This document shows, one piece after another, positions 1 through 9,283 of a stretch of 64,000 nt of DNA. The position numbers and the translations under genes are program-made. The stretch's first letter is position 1, and each line of letters starts with the position of its first letter. The notes below the pieces were generated by a model. The model did not search any database, was not told the origin of the DNA, and was given only the letters and a program-made list of their open reading frames with translations. The stretch comes from Candidatus Bathyarchaeia archaeon (GTDB taxonomy: Archaea; Thermoproteota; Bathyarchaeia; Bathyarchaeales; Bathycorpusculaceae): the NCBI GenBank assembly GCA_038882975.1, contig JAVZNE010000003.1, positions 32,001 to 96,000 on the forward strand, in the 5' to 3' direction.

Positions 1-386
1 GCAAAAACGTGCGGATAGGAAATGCTTGCGAGATAAAGAACAGCATAATTATGGACGGGGTGCATATTGGGCATTTGTCCTATGTTGGTGACAGCATAAT
101 TGGCGAAAACTGTAATTTGGGCGCTGGAACAATAACGGCTAACTATCGCCTCGACGCTGGAACAATAAAAATGATGGTTAAGGATAAGCTTGTGGACACT
201 GGAAGGACAAAGTTAGGCGCAGTTCTAGGGGACAACGTTAAAACCGGGATAAACGCGCTCCTAATGCCTGGCGTAAAAGTTGGGAACAACTGTTGGATTG
301 GACCAAACGTCGTAGTCCATCGTGACTTGCCGCCGAATACAGCAGTATTCTTAAAGCAAAACATAGAAGAGAGGAGAATAAGTTGA
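1..386 (+). CDS. glmU: Bifunctional sugar-1-phosphate nucleotidylyltransferase/acetyltransferase (GlmU-like), C-terminal part, 5'-truncated by window
   Basis: Hexapeptide left-handed beta-helix with [21 protein letters not shown] and KLGAVLGD motifs. Confidence 0.85.
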   Translation, partial: KNVRIGNACEIKNSIIMDGVHIGHLSYVGDSIIGENCNLGAGTITANYRLDAGTIKMMVKDKLVDTGRTKLGAVLGDNVKTGINALLMPGVKVGNNCWIGPNVVVHRDLPPNTAVFLKQNIEERRIS

Positions 387-397
387 TTTGGAAAGTT

Positions 398-1465
398 TTA
401 GCTGACCATTATTGAGGTCCCGCAGTATTCGCACTGTACTGTTGTTTGTCCCTTGTAAATCTCCTTTGTGTAGGGCGCTCCGCAGTGGGGACATCGGATA
501 ACCCTTATTGTTGGGGCTTCTTTCGGGGTTATCCCCCTTATCATTGCTATGTCCCTGTCCGCTTCACCGCCTATAATGTATTGGAAGAACCTTGTTATTA
601 CATCGGCTTCCCAATCTTTAACGTCGAAGGGTGTTTCCTCTAATCCGCGTTCTGGCTTAAAGCGTATGTAAACGCCTGTCCACGCTATCAACCCCACCCT
701 TCCTTTGGAGATTTCCCGAAGTGCCCCTATGGGCTGTTCTATTAACACTGTGCGTTCCGTCTTCTTTTTAGTGGCGATGAAAAGCTTCTTTTCAAGGACA
801 ACCTCCTTCTTTCCTTCAAAAATGAACCTCTGATTTGTAAAGTACAATGTTCCATCGCATTTGTCCTTCGCCATAATCTTTCCTTCAATGGCTAATACTG
901 GGCTTTCTTCGGGCTTTAGCGGAAAACACGCGAAAGAGAAAAGCTCCATGGTTTTTTCAGCTATTTTTAGGTCTCTGTCTATGGCGTCTATGCTTCCCAA
1001 AAACTCGCCGAGGGAAGCGTTAATCTTAGCTGTTTCAGCGGCAACCCGCGCCCTTAAAGTTGAGGCTTCTGCTGAAAGATGCCCCACTGAAGCCCAGCCG
1101 AAAACTGCACCGCCAAAACTTGTCCCAGCCTTTAGCCTCTGAACTTCGGATTGGAGCGCGCGAATCTGACCCGTTAATGGTTGAACGTTACTGTAAAAGT
1201 CTTGCTTAATTGTTGGAGAAACATCAATCCACTTTTTGGTCAGAAGCTCTATGCTTTTTTCAAGATGCCCCATGGCAGCGTAGCCACGCCCGCGAACAGT
1301 TGTAAGCCTACTTGGAAGAGAAGCCATAGCCCCGTCAATACGAGCAAATTTACTTTCCACATCGCTTATCGCCGCCAAAGCACTTGAGAGATCAGACTCT
1401 ATGGACCTAAGCCTCGAGTATAGGGCTTCCCTTTCCCTATCAACCTGTGCCATCCCACTCGCCAA
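398..1465 (-). CDS. Hypothetical protein: long coiled coil, PH/GRAM-like domain, C-terminal zinc ribbon
   Basis: 355-aa ORF; heptad-rich N half; GTLYFTNQRFIFE motif; CPHCG...CEYCG at C terminus. Confidence 0.7.
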   Translation of the reverse strand: MASGMAQVDREREALYSRLRSIESDLSSALAAISDVESKFARIDGAMASLPSRLTTVRGRGYAAMGHLEKSIELLTKKWIDVSPTIKQDFYSNVQPLTGQIRALQSEVQRLKAGTSFGGAVFGWASVGHLSAEASTLRARVAAETAKINASLGEFLGSIDAIDRDLKIAEKTMELFSFACFPLKPEESPVLAIEGKIMAKDKCDGTLYFTNQRFIFEGKKEVVLEKKLFIATKKKTERTVLIEQPIGALREISKGRVGLIAWTGVYIRFKPERGLEETPFDVKDWEADVITRFFQYIIGGEADRDIAMIRGITPKEAPTIRVIRCPHCGAPYTKEIYKGQTTVQCEYCGTSIMVS

Positions 1466-1555
1466 AACTATTTTGCTGGATAATCCTAATAATGCTTGTG
1501 CAGTTAAACCCTAAAATATGTGTTCCTATAACGTGTACGTAGAGGAGGATAAGCG

Positions 1556-1978
1556 TTGTCAGTGGCTCAGAGAAGGTTCTTCACGGAAGTTTCGGCTCTC
1601 ATAGACAAAACCGTGATCGTCACAACCACGGCTGGCAAAACATATAATGGAACATTGATAGGAATTAACCCGGACAATTTAAGTCTGTGCCTAGCGGATG
1701 CGAAAGATGAGGAGGGTAAAAAGCTTCATAGAGTTTTCTTGAACGGTAATGTTGTCGCCCAAATCTTGAGTGTTGAAAAGCCTTTTGACTTGAAGGCTTT
1801 GGCTGAACGTCTTGAAAGGGTTTTCCCAACAATGGTTAAGCTTTATGAGGATAAGGGTTTCATATGGGTTATGGACAAAGTTAAAGTAACAGAGAAAGGC
1901 GTTGTTGAGGGCTCAGGTCCAGCTGCAGAAAGAGTGCAGAAGGTTTACGAACAGTTCATTAGCGAAACCAGGGGTTAG
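1556..1978 (+). CDS. Lsm/Sm-like RNA-binding protein (SmAP3 type)
   Basis: Sm1 motif GKTYNGTLIGINPDNLSLCL, Sm2-like VFLNG, C-terminal extension typical of SmAP3; next to PAC2 and tgtA. Confidence 0.85.
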   Translation: MSVAQRRFFTEVSALIDKTVIVTTTAGKTYNGTLIGINPDNLSLCLADAKDEEGKKLHRVFLNGNVVAQILSVEKPFDLKALAERLERVFPTMVKLYEDKGFIWVMDKVKVTEKGVVEGSGPAAERVQKVYEQFISETRG

Positions 1979-2724
1979 ACAAACCAGCGGAATTGCTCTT
2001 CCCTTTTCTTTTCTTCCTTGACAGTTCTAACCCAGCCGAAGGACTCCAAAATTTTCGTCGTCTTCTCAGCTGCAACATCAAGCCTCGACAAGTCAACCTT
2101 TAGGTTCAAATACTTGTTTAGGGCGGAAAGCGCGTAACGGGCAGCATTTGCATCTGGATAAGTGCCTAAAGTCTCCACTAGAAGCGAGAAGCCCCTAAAG
2201 CCTCTTAGACTTCCAAGCCCTATCAGTATGCCAGCCACTCCGAAAATGTTTCCAACCATAATTTTTGCACCCAGATTTAAGGCTTCTTTTAATGTTTCCG
2301 GGTCAGAGGCTGCACAGTAAATCTCCGGCGTCTCCTTAACCTCCTCCTGTTTAAACCCGCCAACGGTTATGAGGAAGCGGCATCCAAGCTCCTCGGCAAT
2401 GTCAAGAACTTTACCGCACAGTTCATATTGCCCAAAAGTCGTTAGGGCTTGGGTGTTGCCATACCAAATAATTAGGTCTCGACCTTCTCCCTTGTTCTTG
2501 TAGTAGTATAGCTCGTTTATTGGGGAGCGGGTGCTTCCTGTTTCTGTTGTCACTGCTAGGTCTTGGAAGGATGCTGAAAAGATTCTGGCGAAGAGTTTAG
2601 CTTCCAACTCGTGGATTAAGTGTAATGCGACTATGTTGGCTACAAAGCCTATCCCCGGCAGTCCCTCGATTAGAACTGGGTTTTCAAGTTTTGGCTTCTC
2701 CTCAAATTGGACGGTTAAAGCCAT
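1975..2724 (-). CDS. PAC2-family proteasome assembly chaperone
   Basis: LIEGLPGIGFVANI, ITVGG, IFGVAGILI and YPDANAA motifs. Confidence 0.85.
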   Translation of the reverse strand: MALTVQFEEKPKLENPVLIEGLPGIGFVANIVALHLIHELEAKLFARIFSASFQDLAVTTETGSTRSPINELYYYKNKGEGRDLIIWYGNTQALTTFGQYELCGKVLDIAEELGCRFLITVGGFKQEEVKETPEIYCAASDPETLKEALNLGAKIMVGNIFGVAGILIGLGSLRGFRGFSLLVETLGTYPDANAARYALSALNKYLNLKVDLSRLDVAAEKTTKILESFGWVRTVKEEKKREEQFRWFV

Positions 2725-2828
2725 TGATATGACTCCTTTTTCGCTTGGTATAGAAATGGGTTGTTGTAATATAAGTTTGCGGCTTTACATTTTATAAGCA
2801 TGTTCAGCTGATTTTGTTTAGGCTGATA

Positions 2829-4442
2829 ATGAGTTTCGAGATAAGAGAAAGGGACTTACTTGCAAGAATCGGGAGACTGCGGACCAAAAGCGGCACTATA
2901 GAGACTCCACTCCTCTTTCCAGTTATAAATCCGGCTATACAATTAATTCCGCCGAAGAGAATCCGCGAAGAGTTTGGCTTTGAAGCCCTAATAACGAATG
3001 CCTACATCCTTAAAAGGCGATTCCAAAACCAGCCAGCCGAAAAGGGCTTACACACTTTTCTGGATTTTAAAGGTGTAATAATGACGGATTCGGGCGCCTA
3101 CCAAATCCTAGTTTATGGAGATGTGGAAATCACTCCTGAAGAAATTGTGGATTACCAGGAGCGGATTGATACGGACATAGCCACAATACTGGATTGGCCA
3201 ACCGGCTGGAGGGTCTCAAGGAAACGCGCAGAACAAACAGTGAATGAAACGCTGAAAAGGGCTGCTGAACTCTTCAAGATTAAAAAGAGGGAGGATATTC
3301 TCTGGGTTGGGCCGGTTCAAGGTGGACGTTATCTAGATTTGGTGGCAATGTCGGCTTCTGAGATGGCTAAGCTTCCATTTGACATTCATGCTTTAGGAAG
3401 CCCAACTGAGGTTATGGAAAATTACCGCTTCGACGTTTTGGTGGACATGATTTTAACAGCAAAAATGAACTTACCTATCGAACGACCTTTCCACCTTTTT
3501 GGTGCTGGGCACCCCTTCATGTTTTCCTTGGCTGTCGCTTTAGGATGCGACTTTTTTGATTCTGCGGCCTACGCCATCTATGCTAGAGAAAACAGGTACA
3601 TGACGGAAACTGGAACTGTGCGGCTTGAAGAGCTTGAATTTTTCCCGTGTGCGTGTCCAAAATGTTCAAGCAAGAATCCAAAAAATGTTACGGAGCTTCC
3701 CAACAAGGAGAGGCAAACCTTCATAGCGGAACACAACCTTTACGTTTGCTATGCTGAAATTAAGCGGATAAAACAAGCAATAAAGGAAGGTAGGCTCTGG
3801 GAACATTTGGAGTTTAGGGCTCATGGGCACCCCGCACTGTTACAAGCGTTAAAAAAGCTGAAAAAATATGAAGGCTTCATTGAGAAGCACAGCCCAACCG
3901 TAAAGCGCAGCGGACTTTTCTATTTTGATTCTCTTGGTTTAGCTCGTCCAGAGGTTGTACGCCACAGAATCCGATTGTCTGAAAGATATGCTCCTCCAAA
4001 GGAGGCTGAAATTCTTATATTAATGCCTCAAACTAGAGCCAAACCATACCACAAATCTGAAGAGTATAAAAAGCTGGCGAAAGCCCTTCGGGATTTTCCG
4101 AAAGAGCACCTGCGGAGATTTCACGTTTGTTTTTATGAGTCGCCCTTTGGAGTAATTCCATTAGAGCTTGATGAGGTTTATCCGCTTTCTCAGCATGAAA
4201 CAGCCATGCCGCCGGATAAGGAGACTGTGGAATATGTGGCTTCCCAAGTGGCAGACTATATAGGCAGAAACAATTACAAAACGGTGCTGTTACTCCAAAA
4301 CATTGAAGATTGGGGCGAAGAAGTTTTGAAGGCATGCAAAAAGGCATGCGTGGCTAAAGGCGTCGCCTTTAAATCTTTTAATATGGATAATAAGTGGATT
4401 AAATCGGTGTTAAACTTTTTAAAGAAGGTGCAGGTTGGCTAG
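2829..4442 (+). CDS. tgtA: Archaeosine tRNA-guanine(15) transglycosylase
   Basis: ETPLLFPVINP, MTDSGAYQ, PVQGG, HLFGAGHP, FDSAAYA and zinc motif CACPKC...HN. Confidence 0.95.
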   Translation: MSFEIRERDLLARIGRLRTKSGTIETPLLFPVINPAIQLIPPKRIREEFGFEALITNAYILKRRFQNQPAEKGLHTFLDFKGVIMTDSGAYQILVYGDVEITPEEIVDYQERIDTDIATILDWPTGWRVSRKRAEQTVNETLKRAAELFKIKKREDILWVGPVQGGRYLDLVAMSASEMAKLPFDIHALGSPTEVMENYRFDVLVDMILTAKMNLPIERPFHLFGAGHPFMFSLAVALGCDFFDSAAYAIYARENRYMTETGTVRLEELEFFPCACPKCSSKNPKNVTELPNKERQTFIAEHNLYVCYAEIKRIKQAIKEGRLWEHLEFRAHGHPALLQALKKLKKYEGFIEKHSPTVKRSGLFYFDSLGLARPEVVRHRIRLSERYAPPKEAEILILMPQTRAKPYHKSEEYKKLAKALRDFPKEHLRRFHVCFYESPFGVIPLELDEVYPLSQHETAMPPDKETVEYVASQVADYIGRNNYKTVLLLQNIEDWGEEVLKACKKACVAKGVAFKSFNMDNKWIKSVLNFLKKVQVG

Positions 4443-4460
4443 GCGGGCTAGGCGGTAAAA

Positions 4461-5066
4461 TTGATTCATGCAGACCTACACATTCATACAATGTTTTCGC
4501 CCGACGCTTCAATACACCCAAAAACCATAGTGGAGCAGCTTTTCGCCCACCCCCATATAAAAGCGGCTGCAATAACAGATCATAACACAGTTAGAGGATA
4601 CTATAAGGTGTTGGAGTTAGCCAAAGCCTACCCAGACATCCTCATTATTCCAGGCATCGAAGTCAGCTCTTTTGGCGGCGATTTGATCCTTTTAGGAATT
4701 GCTGAAGTTCCGCCCCAACCGTGGACCGTTAAAAATGTCATAGATTTTGCCCATGAAAGAGGTGGCTTGGCGATTGCTGCACATCCCTATAGGGTCTTCG
4801 GTTTGGGCGATTTCGCCAAAAACTATGTTATTGACGCTGTTGAGGTTTTGAATGGCGGTTGCTCCCGCCAACTCAACATGCTAGCCGAGGAACTAGCAAA
4901 GGCGATGGCTTTGCCCGGCGTGGCTGGAAGCGACGCCCATAGGGCGGATGAGCTTTGGACCGTTTACAACGAAATTCAAGCTTCAACGGATTTAGATGAA
5001 ATTTTAAGGGCTATTAAACGGGGACATGTTAGGGTTGCCTATGCTGGAAAGTCAATACATTTTTAA
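4461..5066 (+). CDS. PHP-domain metal-dependent phosphoesterase
   Basis: DLHIHT, AITDHN, GIEVS, AAHP and GSDAH motifs. Confidence 0.9.
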   Translation: MIHADLHIHTMFSPDASIHPKTIVEQLFAHPHIKAAAITDHNTVRGYYKVLELAKAYPDILIIPGIEVSSFGGDLILLGIAEVPPQPWTVKNVIDFAHERGGLAIAAHPYRVFGLGDFAKNYVIDAVEVLNGGCSRQLNMLAEELAKAMALPGVAGSDAHRADELWTVYNEIQASTDLDEILRAIKRGHVRVAYAGKSIHF

Positions 5067-5098
5067 AATAGCTGTGCCAATGTTAAGTGCGTTAATGG

Positions 5099-6373
5099 TT
5101 GAAAGGCATGAGTTCACTTCAAATAAAGTTTCTAGGCGCAACCCATGAGGTGGGTAGAGCAGCCATATCCGTCAAAACGGAAAAGACACAGATTTTGCTA
5201 GACTATGGTGTAATGCTAAACCATGAGCCGGGCTTTCCAATGCATGTCCCTCCCAAGGAGGTGGACGCGATAATTTTGGGTCACAGCCACCTCGACCACT
5301 CCGGTGCAATCCCCATATTCTTCATTCAGGGGAAGAAAACTGTTTACGCGAATAGGCTTACAGCGGAGCTTAGCCAACTGTTAATTTCAGACTTCATACA
5401 CCTTTCCAGCTATTACCTTCCATACGAGTATCTTGAACTCCGAACCATGATGAGGCACATTAAGCACCTGGATTTCGGCGTAAAAGAAACTGTTGGAGAC
5501 ATAACCTTTGAGCTCCGCAACGCTGGACACATTCCAGGAAGCGCCCAAGTCCTCATAGAGGCTGAGGGAAGGAGGCTATTGTATACAGGCGACTTCAATC
5601 TGATAGACACAAGGCTTTTAGAGGGGGCGAAAATGGATTATGGCGACTTGGACGCCGTCATAATTGAGAGCACATATGCAGATGAAGACCATCCAGAGCG
5701 TCCAGAACTCGAAAAAAGCTTTGTTGAGGAAGTCACAGAGGTTGTGGAGCGGGGAGGAACAGTTCTCATACCAGCCTTCAGCATTGGGAGATCCCAAGAA
5801 ATCGCGTGCATCCTTGCCGCGCACCATTTTGAGCACCCGGTTTACCTTGATGGTATGGCGCGGGAAGCCAGCAGAATGATGATGAACCACATGCAATTCT
5901 TAAGAGACCCAAAACTTTTCATGGACGCCATCCACTCGGTCAACTGGGTGGAAGGGTGGCGAGACCGCAGAAAAGCCACAAAAATGCCATGCGTAATAAT
6001 TTCACCAGCTGGCATGTTAAAAGGCGGTCCGGCAGCATTTTACATATCAAAAATTGGTAAAAAGGCAAACAACGCCGTTTTCCTCGTAAGCTACCAAATC
6101 CCTGGCACGCCTGGAAGAGAACTCCTAGAGAAGGGCGTATGCGTCATCGATGGGAAAATGCGAAAGGTTAAGGCAACGGTTAAACATTTCGACTTCTCAT
6201 CTCATTGCGGTGCAAAAGAGCTTAAAGAAGCCGTAAAAAGGATTAATGGCAAAGCAAAATTCTATGTAATCCACGGCGCCGAAGGAAATTGTGAACTCCT
6301 TGCAAAATGGATAGAGAAAGAAGCCGGGCTGGAGGCTGTGGCACCAAAACCCGGAGATACATTTAAGGTTTAA
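5099..6373 (+). CDS. MBL-fold beta-CASP ribonuclease (CPSF-like)
   Basis: HSHLDHSG, AGHIPGSA, YTGD, IESTY, GRSQE, DFSSH and IHG motifs. Confidence 0.92.
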   Translation: MKGMSSLQIKFLGATHEVGRAAISVKTEKTQILLDYGVMLNHEPGFPMHVPPKEVDAIILGHSHLDHSGAIPIFFIQGKKTVYANRLTAELSQLLISDFIHLSSYYLPYEYLELRTMMRHIKHLDFGVKETVGDITFELRNAGHIPGSAQVLIEAEGRRLLYTGDFNLIDTRLLEGAKMDYGDLDAVIIESTYADEDHPERPELEKSFVEEVTEVVERGGTVLIPAFSIGRSQEIACILAAHHFEHPVYLDGMAREASRMMMNHMQFLRDPKLFMDAIHSVNWVEGWRDRRKATKMPCVIISPAGMLKGGPAAFYISKIGKKANNAVFLVSYQIPGTPGRELLEKGVCVIDGKMRKVKATVKHFDFSSHCGAKELKEAVKRINGKAKFYVIHGAEGNCELLAKWIEKEAGLEAVAPKPGDTFKV

Positions 6374-6927
6374 TGAGTATGAAAATAGGAATTTTACGTA
6401 TAGGACAAGTAGACACAGTTATCCTTGAAAGAATATGCGAAAATCTGAACATGGCCTTCCTAAAAGCTCAGTGCTACATAACCCCTGAAATCTTGGCTTT
6501 GCCGCAGGAAGCCTTCGACAAAGCGAGAAGGCAGTACCGTTCAGACATAATTTTGGGCATGGTGGCAGGTTACGCGGAAAAAGCCAAAAACCTAAACCGT
6601 GTTTTAGGAGTAATCGACGCCGACATTTATGTTCCAGGATTAAACTTTGTTTTCGGAGAGGCTGAATGCCCAGGAAAAGCCGCCCTAATATCCCTTTGGA
6701 GATTGAAGCCAGAATTTTATGGTGCTCCATCAAATTTTGAGCTTTTCATTGAAAGAGGCACAAAGGAAGCGGTGCACGAGCTTGGACATACTTTTGGCTT
6801 AACCCACTGCAAAAATCCATTCTGTGTTATGTATTTTTCCAACTCCATTTTTGAAACTGACCGAAAGAAAGGCATATTTTGCAACATCTGCTATTCAAAA
6901 GTTCAGAAGCTTCTGCAAACTCAATAG
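6373..6927 (+). CDS. amzA: Archaemetzincin zinc protease
   Basis: HELGHTFGLTHC...CVMYFSNS...C-x2-C metzincin/Cys4 signature; LNFVFG. Confidence 0.9.
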   Translation: MSMKIGILRIGQVDTVILERICENLNMAFLKAQCYITPEILALPQEAFDKARRQYRSDIILGMVAGYAEKAKNLNRVLGVIDADIYVPGLNFVFGEAECPGKAALISLWRLKPEFYGAPSNFELFIERGTKEAVHELGHTFGLTHCKNPFCVMYFSNSIFETDRKKGIFCNICYSKVQKLLQTQ

Positions 6928-6959
6928 ACAATACACAATTTGTCTATTTTTAAAAGTTA

Positions 6960-7075
6960 AAGGGAATTTACCCACGGGCTCGGCGAGTTTTAAGAGGGGA
7001 GAAAGGAGAGAAGGGAGTTCCAAAAATAGGAACCACCGAACCCGCTTTGGGCTCCCCCTCCCTTCTTTCAATGGA
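6960..7075 (-). ncRNA. Putative structured small RNA (unknown family)
   Basis: Minus-strand 12-bp stem GCGGGUUCGGUG (7045-7034) / CGCCGAGCCCGU (6985-6974) with three G-U pairs; inner hairpin GUUCC/GGAAC (7033-7017); BRE-TATA upstream; U-rich tract downstream. Confidence 0.5.
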
Positions 7076-7093
7076 GAAGGGAAAGAGAAGCAC

Positions 7094-7110
7094 CAATATA
7101 AAAGCTTTTC
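7094..7110 (-). promoter_or_regulatory. Archaeal BRE-TATA promoter facing the putative ncRNA
   Basis: Minus strand reads GAAAAGCTTTTATATTG; no credible CDS follows on that strand. Confidence 0.5.
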
Positions 7111-7159
7111 TATTAAAAGCGCAGAAATCTTCCCCCGGCAACGGTCGAAAAGAGACAAC

Positions 7160-8185
7160 TTAAACGCCTTTCACAGCCCTAACAGTCCTTTCTAAGAGAA
7201 GTTGGGCCGCCTCCTGTGTTGGCCAGCCTCCGAGTCCGCAATCCGGTCCAGTGAAGGCCATTCTTTCCCCAAACTTTTCCATCGCCTTTTCAAATCTTTT
7301 CCTAATGGTTTTTTCATCTTCGACAAGCTGTTCTGTTTCTGGTTTTGTTATTCCCTCCTCGTAAAGCTCTGCTATGATGGAGTCTATGTCCGTTCTGGAT
7401 ATCCCTACACGGATGAACTTGTCCATTTTTTCAAGAATGCCCTTTGAAATGCATTCTAGGCTGTGCGGAGAAGCTGCATATTCTATGGACACCACGTGGA
7501 GATTTCTAACAGCTAAGATGTCCATGATTCTTGCCGGGGAATGCATGTGAATATGCTTTTGCACGTCTCCATCAAAGTTTAAGGCCTTTTCCAAAACTTC
7601 CACTATTATATCCATGTCTGCCGATATTTCATAAAAACCAAGGCTTGGCTCGTCTAGGGATACAACCTCTGTCCTAACGTATTTCGAGTTTAAAACGGAA
7701 TTTTTTGCGAACCGCCTAACGGTTTCCGCAAACATAAACAGCACATCTTTATACAATGTTGTTCCAACTTCTTTCAGGTAAAGCTCCAACGGGCCAGTGA
7801 CACAAACGCGGAGGGCAATTTTCTTCCCTAAGCTTTCGTAGATTCTTTTTGCCTCTTCATTGATGACGTGTACTTCTGGTATGATGGAGTCTTTCTCCTC
7901 AACAATGTATGTGCCCTTTTCCATTGCCTTGCGAATGGGTTCAGCAAACTGCCTATGTATATCATAATGTTGCGGGTAGTTGACGACGTCCAAACCGGTT
8001 TTAAGCTTTTTCAAAAAGGAGTCTGCCACAACCTCGTAGAAGTTTCTAAGTAAGAACGTGTTCTCCTTCAAGCTCTTTCCATTGATAATTTGTTCCCTCG
8101 CCAATCTGTAAGCTTCATCAAACTTTTTTCTTTCAATATGTTGAGGTAAGGGGAAGCTTCCTATGTCGTCGAGGAGCACTTCCAT
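7160..8185 (-). CDS. Cobalamin-independent methionine synthase-like protein (catalytic half only)
   Basis: DIGSFP, CVTGP, SLDEPS and TGPDCGL motifs of the MetE/UroD-like barrel. Confidence 0.8.
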   Translation of the reverse strand: MEVLLDDIGSFPLPQHIERKKFDEAYRLAREQIINGKSLKENTFLLRNFYEVVADSFLKKLKTGLDVVNYPQHYDIHRQFAEPIRKAMEKGTYIVEEKDSIIPEVHVINEEAKRIYESLGKKIALRVCVTGPLELYLKEVGTTLYKDVLFMFAETVRRFAKNSVLNSKYVRTEVVSLDEPSLGFYEISADMDIIVEVLEKALNFDGDVQKHIHMHSPARIMDILAVRNLHVVSIEYAASPHSLECISKGILEKMDKFIRVGISRTDIDSIIAELYEEGITKPETEQLVEDEKTIRKRFEKAMEKFGERMAFTGPDCGLGGWPTQEAAQLLLERTVRAVKGV

Positions 8186-8295
8186 GAAGGGAGATTATTG
8201 CACTCTTCAGCAATAAAAGTTAATCTGGAAGCTTAAATCTTGAGAGTAACAATTATAAGTGGGTTTCTTTTTTGTGAACATTGACTGGTGGAAAT

Positions 8296-9255
8296 ATGCC
8301 AAGCGTATGGAAGCTTCGCTTATCCATGGTTGGGACATTAGCCCTAATAATAGGCTTATCCACGCTAGTGTTTACGCTAATCTTGAGTTTAATTGGCATC
8401 CCGAACTTGCTGGTTTTGGGAGTTTTAGTTGTGGCATTCAACGTGGGACAGTGGCTGATCTCCCCATACATCATCGACGCCCTATACCGAACACGCGAAA
8501 TACCAGAAGACGAAAATCCGAAGCTTCACCGGATAGTCGAGGATTTGAGCAGAAAAAGCGGTTTGAAAAAGCCTAGGCTTATGCTTGCACAAATTCCAAT
8601 TCCAAATGCCTTCGCATACGGCTCGCCCATCGCTGGAAACCGTGTAGCCGTGACCAGTGGGCTTCTAAAAACCCTTGATGAAGGAGAGGTTGAAGCCGTC
8701 ATAGGGCATGAGCTGGGCCACTTAAAGCACAAGGACGTGCAGATAATGATGTTCGTTTCGCTTCTGCCAGCACTATTCTACTATATTGGCTATTCACTGA
8801 TAATCTCCTCAATGTATGGCAGACAAAGAGAAGAGGGCAGTGGAACAGCCGCACTGGGTTTTGGTTTCATGGCATTCTCATGGATTCTAAACATGTTTAT
8901 ACTGTACTTGAGTCGTCTCCGCGAGTATTATGCTGACAGACACAGCGCTCTAATAGTTGACAGTGGAGCACAAAAACTTTCAGAAGGCTTAGCAAAAATT
9001 GTCTACGCAACTAGGAACATGGGGCGAACAAGAAGACAAGTTCAGCATCTAAACGCCTTCAAGGCTTTATTCATAACAGACCCGGACCGTGTGGAAACCG
9101 ACTCTGCAGCTTTGTCAGCAGTAGCATCAAGCGACCAAAAACTTGTCCAAGAACTTCTGTCAAAGAGGCTGACAACCCTGGATAGGATAATCGAGATTTT
9201 CTCAACGCATCCAAATATAGTTAAACGCCTAAAAGCCCTACAAGAAATAAGCTAA
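8296..9255 (+). CDS. htpX: Zinc metalloprotease HtpX (M48)
   Basis: PNAFAYG, HELGH, SRLREYYAD and FSTHP motifs; N-terminal TM helices. Confidence 0.93.
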   Translation: MPSVWKLRLSMVGTLALIIGLSTLVFTLILSLIGIPNLLVLGVLVVAFNVGQWLISPYIIDALYRTREIPEDENPKLHRIVEDLSRKSGLKKPRLMLAQIPIPNAFAYGSPIAGNRVAVTSGLLKTLDEGEVEAVIGHELGHLKHKDVQIMMFVSLLPALFYYIGYSLIISSMYGRQREEGSGTAALGFGFMAFSWILNMFILYLSRLREYYADRHSALIVDSGAQKLSEGLAKIVYATRNMGRTRRQVQHLNAFKALFITDPDRVETDSAALSAVASSDQKLVQELLSKRLTTLDRIIEIFSTHPNIVKRLKALQEIS

Positions 9256-9283
9256 TTCTCCCTCTAGACGTGAAAAGGAGTAT

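Noticed and set aside
6824-7195. ORFs 6824-7195 (+) and 6895-7158 (-)
   Set aside because: They overlap neighbouring genes, translate low-complexity purine/pyrimidine tracts and are better explained by the RNA structure
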